A stretch of 64,000 bases of DNA, from IMG/VR virus record IMGVR_UViG_3300025108_000016. The stretch is one strand, 5' to 3'. The notes under the pieces were generated by a model. That model searched no databases. It was not told the origin of the DNA and was given only the letters and a program-made list of their open reading frames with translations. The first letter of the stretch is position 1; each line of letters opens with the position of its first letter. Below, piece after piece: positions 59,128 to 64,000 of this stretch. A program made the position numbers and the translations under genes. This DNA is from a virus.

Positions 59128-59672
59128 GTAGAGTAGTAGTAGCGTGGGGTAGATTCAATCCTCCAACAATCGGACACCAGAAACTTATCGATGCAGTTGC
59201 TAAGATTGCCGATGGAGATGACTACTTCATCTACCCTACTCATACTCAAAAGAAACCAAAGGACCCACTACCATCTGACAGGAAGGTGGAGTATATGAAA
59301 AAAATGTTTCCATCTCACGCATCACATATTATTCATAACAGGGATGTAAACACCATTATTAAATTGTTACAAGAGTATCAGGGAACCTATTCTGATTTGA
59401 CATTAGTTGCTGGATCTGATAGAATCTCTAGTTATAAAGTACTATTGGATAAGTATAATGGTGTAGAATATACATATAGGAATTTAGATGTAGTCTCTGC
59501 TGGCGAGAGGGATCCAGATGCAGATGGTGCTTCTGGTATGTCTGCAAGTAAAATGAGAGCTGCTGCTAAAGAGTTAGATACTGTTACCTTTAGAAAAGGT
59601 ATTTCAGAAAATTTAAGTAATCAGGATACATCAAAATTAATGATAGAAGTGAGAAAAGGTATGGGGTTATGA
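59124..59672 (+). CDS. Cytidylyltransferase-like (HIGH-superfamily) nucleotidyltransferase
   Basis: GRFNPPTIGH, VAGSDR and MSASKMR. Confidence 0.85.
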   Translation: MSRVVVAWGRFNPPTIGHQKLIDAVAKIADGDDYFIYPTHTQKKPKDPLPSDRKVEYMKKMFPSHASHIIHNRDVNTIIKLLQEYQGTYSDLTLVAGSDRISSYKVLLDKYNGVEYTYRNLDVVSAGERDPDADGASGMSASKMRAAAKELDTVTFRKGISENLSNQDTSKLMIEVRKGMGL

Positions 59673-59947
59673 GAAATTTTAAACATCTTAGAGAGCAAGC
59701 ACTGCGTCAGCAACAAAGACATGAAGAATTTTTTCAAGAAGGTGACGCGGTTATGTCTGCATTAACTGGAGAAAAAGGAACAATTAAACGTGTAGGTGGT
59801 AACTATGCTATAGTAATTTCCGAATCAGGTCAGATGTTTCGTTCGTGGATAAAAGATATCCGTCATGTCAATGTTATAGATTCTATAAATAAAGAGAGGA
59901 AAAGAAGTATCTTCGACAATAATGGAACGTCAAAAACCAACGACTAG
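59669..59947 (+). CDS. Hypothetical protein (SH3/KOW-like)
   Basis: F.EGD.V…G.I.R.G.NY…SWIKD. Confidence 0.6.
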   Translation: MRNFKHLREQALRQQQRHEEFFQEGDAVMSALTGEKGTIKRVGGNYAIVISESGQMFRSWIKDIRHVNVIDSINKERKRSIFDNNGTSKTND

Positions 59948-60830
59948 TGTTCAGCATAATGACGAGTTCTCTAGAGCTCTAATTGAATCTTATGGTAAAT
60001 GGACTCAGGGTGCAGGATTCGGATGGCATCTTCATGAAGAAGGTATTCCTGCCGAGCAGAAGCAAGGCGAGGAACAACCTACCCGTGAAGGCGGTGCTGA
60101 TGCTTCCACATCAATCCCTGATCTTGCTGGTAGTGAAGAGAAGAGTGATGAAGGTGAAAAAGATATCAAAGCAAATGCAGGTGCTCCTGATCCTGCTACC
60201 GATTTACGTGTTGGTGCAGGCGTCAAACAATCTCACGGAGCAGAAATTCGCGACACCACGAAGGTGGTTGCGAAGGAGTCGTGTGATACCTGCTCTAATT
60301 GCGGAGGGAAAGGGTGCTCCAAGTGCCAGAAGGAAGATAAGAATAGTATGAAGAAAGAAAAAGCAGTGACTGAAGGCAAAGGTCTCTATGCAAATATTCA
60401 TGCTAAGAGAAAAAGAGGTGGCACTCCTGCTAAACCAGGCAGCGATGCTTACCCCGCTAAGGATGCATTCAAGAAGTCTGCTAAGACTGCTAAGAAAGAA
60501 GCAGTATCGTTTGAACTTGATGGTGTTGAGTATGTCTTTGAAGAAGAAGTAATCGAAGAAGGCATGAAGACCGCACGTAAAAATGTCGGTGCTTCTACAT
60601 GCTGGAAGGGATACAAAGCATCTGGCACCAAGAAAAAAGGTGGCAAAGAAGTTCCTAATTGTGTCAAGGAAGGAAAGAAACTTGATGCAGTAGGTAAGGA
60701 AGACAAGGACATCGACAACGATGGTGATCACGATAAGTCTGACAAGTATCTCCTAGCACGTCGTAAGAAAGTATCCAAGATCATTGGTGCTAAGAAAAAA
60801 GGCATGAAGGAAGAAACCGAAAAAAAGTAA
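59922..60830 (+). CDS. Lys/Glu-rich modular protein, candidate internal head protein
   Basis: Late promoter TATAAATA at 59884; modules GLYANIHAKR, CWKGY…VPNCV and DIDNDGD. Confidence 0.7.
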   Translation: MERQKPTTSVQHNDEFSRALIESYGKWTQGAGFGWHLHEEGIPAEQKQGEEQPTREGGADASTSIPDLAGSEEKSDEGEKDIKANAGAPDPATDLRVGAGVKQSHGAEIRDTTKVVAKESCDTCSNCGGKGCSKCQKEDKNSMKKEKAVTEGKGLYANIHAKRKRGGTPAKPGSDAYPAKDAFKKSAKTAKKEAVSFELDGVEYVFEEEVIEEGMKTARKNVGASTCWKGYKASGTKKKGGKEVPNCVKEGKKLDAVGKEDKDIDNDGDHDKSDKYLLARRKKVSKIIGAKKKGMKEETEKK

Positions 60831-60925
60831 AAAAGCCAGTGGTTGAGATCATGCCTGAACTAGATGACGGCGAACCAGATCCTAAACCAATGAAACCTGG
60901 CAAAAAAGATAAAAAGGATAAATAA
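60821..60925 (+). other. Candidate -1 ribosomal frameshift site (A AAA AAG) and 32-codon extension
   Basis: GAA AAA AAG TAA; the -1 frame reads VKKPVVEIMPELDDGEPDPKPMKPGKKDKKDK* to 60925. Confidence 0.55.
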
Positions 60926-60948
60926 TTCATGCCCTATGACATGAAACA

Positions 60949-61149
60949 ATGTTGTCTTTTCTACTCCCACTAGCATCAAAAATTATCAAAGATGCTGTCG
61001 ATAAAATTCCTGACAATGAAGAACTTGGTGAGAAGATGGTTGAGATCTGTCTTGTTATTCTTGCTAAAGCAGTTAAGTTGACCAAGACTGATATGGACGA
61101 TCAACTTCTTGAGGTTGTATCTGCCGCAATTAAGAACCGAGAAGAGTGA
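60949..61149 (+). CDS. Hypothetical protein
   Basis: 66 aa; AVKLTKTDMDDQLL motif; ATAAATA at 60918. Confidence 0.65.
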   Translation: MLSFLLPLASKIIKDAVDKIPDNEELGEKMVEICLVILAKAVKLTKTDMDDQLLEVVSAAIKNREE

Positions 61150-61156
61150 TAATACG

Positions 61157-61190
61157 GGGAGAGGTTGTGCCTCTCCTTTTTTTATAAATA
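61157..61190 (+). terminator. Terminator followed by late promoter TATAAATA
   Basis: GGAGAGG-TTGTG-CCTCTCC then a T tract; TATAAATA at 61183. Confidence 0.75.
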
Positions 61191-61222
61191 ATATGAGAAT
61201 CGAATAGTCTACTGGAGATCCA

Positions 61223-61801
61223 ATGTCCCTATACGGAAGAACGGACAGCAACGTTAACAAAGCCAAAGCAGGCATTGGAGTTGCTGCATCCGCACAAGCA
61301 AAGCAAACAATTTTTCTTGACGACACAGAAGCAGCACTTGCTGAGAACAAAGCACGTGGTCTGAATGCTCCTGGTTGGTGGTCCTACTATACCTACACTG
61401 ATTGTGAAGGTAACACCCGTCATAAGGCAGAGATGCTGGTAACCATTGCTGGTCCTGATCTTAATGCTAATGAGACTCAGGCAGATGATGCTGCTGCAGC
61501 AGACGTAAGTGTATTGATTGACATCCAGACACAACCAGCAGATACTGCTGTTGCTGTTGGTGCTGCTCTACAACTTGTTCTTGCCGCTACCGCTACTCCT
61601 CCTGGTGATGCCTCTGTTCTCACCTTCCAATGGCAGAAGAAGTCTGGTAAGAAATGGGCAGATGTTTCTGGTGCTACCAATACAACGTTTGATGTTGCTT
61701 CTTATGCGGCAACTGATGCTGGTTCCTATCGTGTCAAGATTAACTCCACTAATGGTGCTACCGAGAAAATCTCTGCTGTTGCTGTTGTAACTACTGCCTG
61801 A
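61223..61801 (+). CDS. Virion protein with C-terminal Ig-like domain
   Basis: IQTQP…LTFQWQK…GAT…DAGSYRV Ig signature. Confidence 0.75.
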   Translation: MSLYGRTDSNVNKAKAGIGVAASAQAKQTIFLDDTEAALAENKARGLNAPGWWSYYTYTDCEGNTRHKAEMLVTIAGPDLNANETQADDAAAADVSVLIDIQTQPADTAVAVGAALQLVLAATATPPGDASVLTFQWQKKSGKKWADVSGATNTTFDVASYAATDAGSYRVKINSTNGATEKISAVAVVTTA

Positions 61802-61807
61802 TAAGGA

Positions 61808-62164
61808 ATGATCTTCGATGAATTGACACCAGATAACTGGTTATTTTTTACTATCAAACATTATGATAATCCTCAATCAGTTACCTATGGTGATTTTGAA
61901 GAAGATCTAAATAGGATTAGGTATATTAAACGTTTATTCAAACGATATGAGACCACAGGTGAATTAAAAACTCACCTGATTTTAAATCATATTATCGTGA
62001 TGTATAATGTATTTGATGACGCTGCTACGCCTCTACTTTTTTATAAAATAGAGGCTACGCATTGGGCATATTTAAAAGCATTCATGCTTTTTCTAAATAG
62101 ATTACCACAAACTCTTAACACTAAAGTAGACCAAGAATGTCTGAAGCAATTGAATCTAATTTAA
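61808..62164 (+). CDS. Conserved hypothetical protein
   Basis: F.EDL.R.RYIKRL…LILNHII..YNVF. Confidence 0.7.
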   Translation: MIFDELTPDNWLFFTIKHYDNPQSVTYGDFEEDLNRIRYIKRLFKRYETTGELKTHLILNHIIVMYNVFDDAATPLLFYKIEATHWAYLKAFMLFLNRLPQTLNTKVDQECLKQLNLI

Positions 62165-62853
62165 ATGAAATGATGCTAGGTAATGGTAGTGGTCTTGCTA
62201 TGCCTCCTGCATTTGTGTTTGTAAACACAAAAGGTCAACGTAAGTATAAAAAAAATAATCAAGACAAAGTAGATGGTCGCACTGCAGGTGCGAAAAATAT
62301 GCTCTCTCGTATCAATACCCGTAAAAAAATGAAAGAACAAGTAGAAGAAACAATTATTTCTGAAGCAGTGCCCTCAGAAACTGAGAGAGCACAGAAGCAA
62401 ATCCAGCAAGGCAAAAAACTTGGACGCCAGAAGGATATGCAGAAGAAGAAAAAGGAAGCAAAAGAAAAAATGCAGTCCAAGACATCAGAAATGGACACCC
62501 TGATGAAAGCACGTTTGTCTGACTTTAAAAAGAAAGCAAGCGATCAACAGAAAAAAGTCCAGAAAAACTCTTTTGAAATGACAGGTGATACTATGATTCA
62601 TGAAAATACTGATGCACTAGAAGTTGCTCTACAGGTTGCAACTCAGGAACTTAATCCTGCAGGCGAGACATCATTCGCTAAGATTGATTTTTCTGATGGC
62701 ACTACGCAGAACCTAGATAGTTTCTCTGCCAAGCGTATTGCTGCTTGCTATGCACAACTAGATGAACCAAAGCAGCAACAGTTTAGATTCATGCTGAACA
62801 AAGATGCGTCTTCGTATCAGTCGGCATTGGATTTCGCTGTAAGAAATGTATAA
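62137..62853 (+). CDS. Lys-rich hypothetical protein (candidate head protein)
   Basis: CTAAATA at 62093; basic coiled-coil middle region. Confidence 0.65.
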   Translation: MSEAIESNLNEMMLGNGSGLAMPPAFVFVNTKGQRKYKKNNQDKVDGRTAGAKNMLSRINTRKKMKEQVEETIISEAVPSETERAQKQIQQGKKLGRQKDMQKKKKEAKEKMQSKTSEMDTLMKARLSDFKKKASDQQKKVQKNSFEMTGDTMIHENTDALEVALQVATQELNPAGETSFAKIDFSDGTTQNLDSFSAKRIAACYAQLDEPKQQQFRFMLNKDASSYQSALDFAVRNV

Positions 62854-62891
62854 ATAATAAGTATAATTACGCACACTGGCATGTAGCATAT

Positions 62892-63326
62892 ATGGCGTTT
62901 GGTCTTGGTAGATTAGCAGTTTTAGAATCAAAGCTTGACATTTATGAAGATCTCTCCAAAGAGATGCTTGACAAACTCGAAAGAGCAGTGGGAACAATCT
63001 CAGAAAACAGCAACAGAGTTGCTGTAATCTTGGAGCGCCATGAAAATCGTTTGGATGAATCCGAACGTGCCGATAAACTCATCATTAGTATGCTTGATGA
63101 GATGAAGGAAAGGCATGAGAAGGATCATCAACTGGTTCAAGAAAGGATCAGTAAGATCCAAAGGAAAGTGGATGTCAATGCAAAGTTTGTGATAGGTGCT
63201 GGTGCTGTGCTTGCTACCCTTGTGGCAGTGTTACAAGTGGTCCCACCTATCATTAAAATCTTGACACCTGGTTCCAACACTGCTATGATGGAAGGACCAA
63301 GACCTTTAGTACGTGAGTTATCTTGA
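62892..63326 (+). CDS. Coiled-coil protein with C-terminal transmembrane helix
   Basis: TATAAATA at 62849; hydrophobic segment FVIGAGAVLATLVAVL. Confidence 0.65.
   Translation: MAFGLGRLAVLESKLDIYEDLSKEMLDKLERAVGTISENSNRVAVILERHENRLDESERADKLIISMLDEMKERHEKDHQLVQERISKIQRKVDVNAKFVIGAGAVLATLVAVLQVVPPIIKILTPGSNTAMMEGPRPLVRELS
63261..63289 (+). promoter_or_regulatory. Sigma70-type promoter for the primase gene
   Basis: TTGACA-N17-TATGAT. Confidence 0.75.
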
Positions 63327-64000
63327 TAGCAAGTATGTCAGTCTGATTTCTTCGCAACTTGATAAGTTCGTAAAGAAGAACGACAAGACATATAATTTTC
63401 GTTGTCCATATTGTGGCGACTCTCAAAAACATAAAAACAAAGCTCGTGGGTATCTTTTCAAAGTCAAGAATGACTTTGTGTTTAAGTGTCACAATTGTGG
63501 CATGGGCAGAACGTTTACTAATTTCTTAAAAGATCACTCATCTCATCTCCATGATCAGTATGTCATGGAAAGATATAGAGAGGGATTGACTGGCAGAAAT
63601 AGTCAGACTGCAAAACCAAAACTTGATTTCAAGAAACCAGTCTTTAAAAAAACGAAAGAGACAGGATTACAACCAATCTCTGCGCTAAATAGTTCTCACC
63701 CAGCAAGAGAATATTTACAGAATCGAAAAATTGAAGACTTAAATAGTTTTTACTATTGCCCCAAGTTTAAAGCATGGACTAACGAACAGAAGAGAACGTT
63801 TGATACGTTACGTCAGGATAGTCCAAGAATTATCATCCCATTGAGGGATAAAGATGGAACCATGTTTGGTTTCCAGGGAAGATCTCTTGCCCCTAAAGCT
63901 AAGATCAGATACATTACAATTATGCTAGATGAGTCCATGCCTAAAGTGTATGGATTAGATCGTGTTGACTCCACCAAGGAAGTATATGTCACAGAAGGAC
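63313..64000 (+). CDS. gp61: DNA primase gp61 (3'-truncated by the window)
   Basis: GTG start; NFRCPYCGDS…KARG…KCHNCG zinc domain, RIIIP..GFQGRSL and TOPRIM VYVTEG. Confidence 0.93.
   Translation, partial: MSYLDSKYVSLISSQLDKFVKKNDKTYNFRCPYCGDSQKHKNKARGYLFKVKNDFVFKCHNCGMGRTFTNFLKDHSSHLHDQYVMERYREGLTGRNSQTAKPKLDFKKPVFKKTKETGLQPISALNSSHPAREYLQNRKIEDLNSFYYCPKFKAWTNEQKRTFDTLRQDSPRIIIPLRDKDGTMFGFQGRSLAPKAKIRYITIMLDESMPKVYGLDRVDSTKEVYVTEG

Overview
This 64-kb window is part of a T4-like (Kyanoviridae-type) marine cyanophage genome, and every credible gene is on the + strand. It opens with a tail-fibre/virion block (1-19.5 kb) containing a 3340-aa fibre and two glycine-rich adhesin-like genes. Those two genes bracket a flavin-dependent halogenase and four 2OG-Fe(II) oxygenase-like genes. 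Next come the core neck/packaging/tail/head genes (gp13-gp23, gp3), then uvsY/uvsW, gp55, gp47/46, a CobS/MoxR-VWA pair, gp45/44/62, a Dam-type methylase, regA, hsp20, gp43, uvsX, gp41 and mazG. A late block follows with nuclease-like, ligase-like and nucleotidyltransferase genes plus Lys-rich putative internal head proteins, and the window ends in the 5' part of the gp61 primase. Late promoters ((T/C/A)TAAATA), sigma70-type promoters and intrinsic terminators are clearly visible. I found no tRNA, rRNA, CRISPR array, intron or intein. The most notable observations are: the halogenase/oxygenase cassette in the adhesin operon; a candidate programmed -1 frameshift at 60821; a ligase-like/nucleotidyltransferase operon; Russian-doll nested domains in the giant fibre; and a candidate sRNA plus a ROSE-like thermometer upstream of hsp20. 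All calls are from motif recognition by eye; no searches were run.
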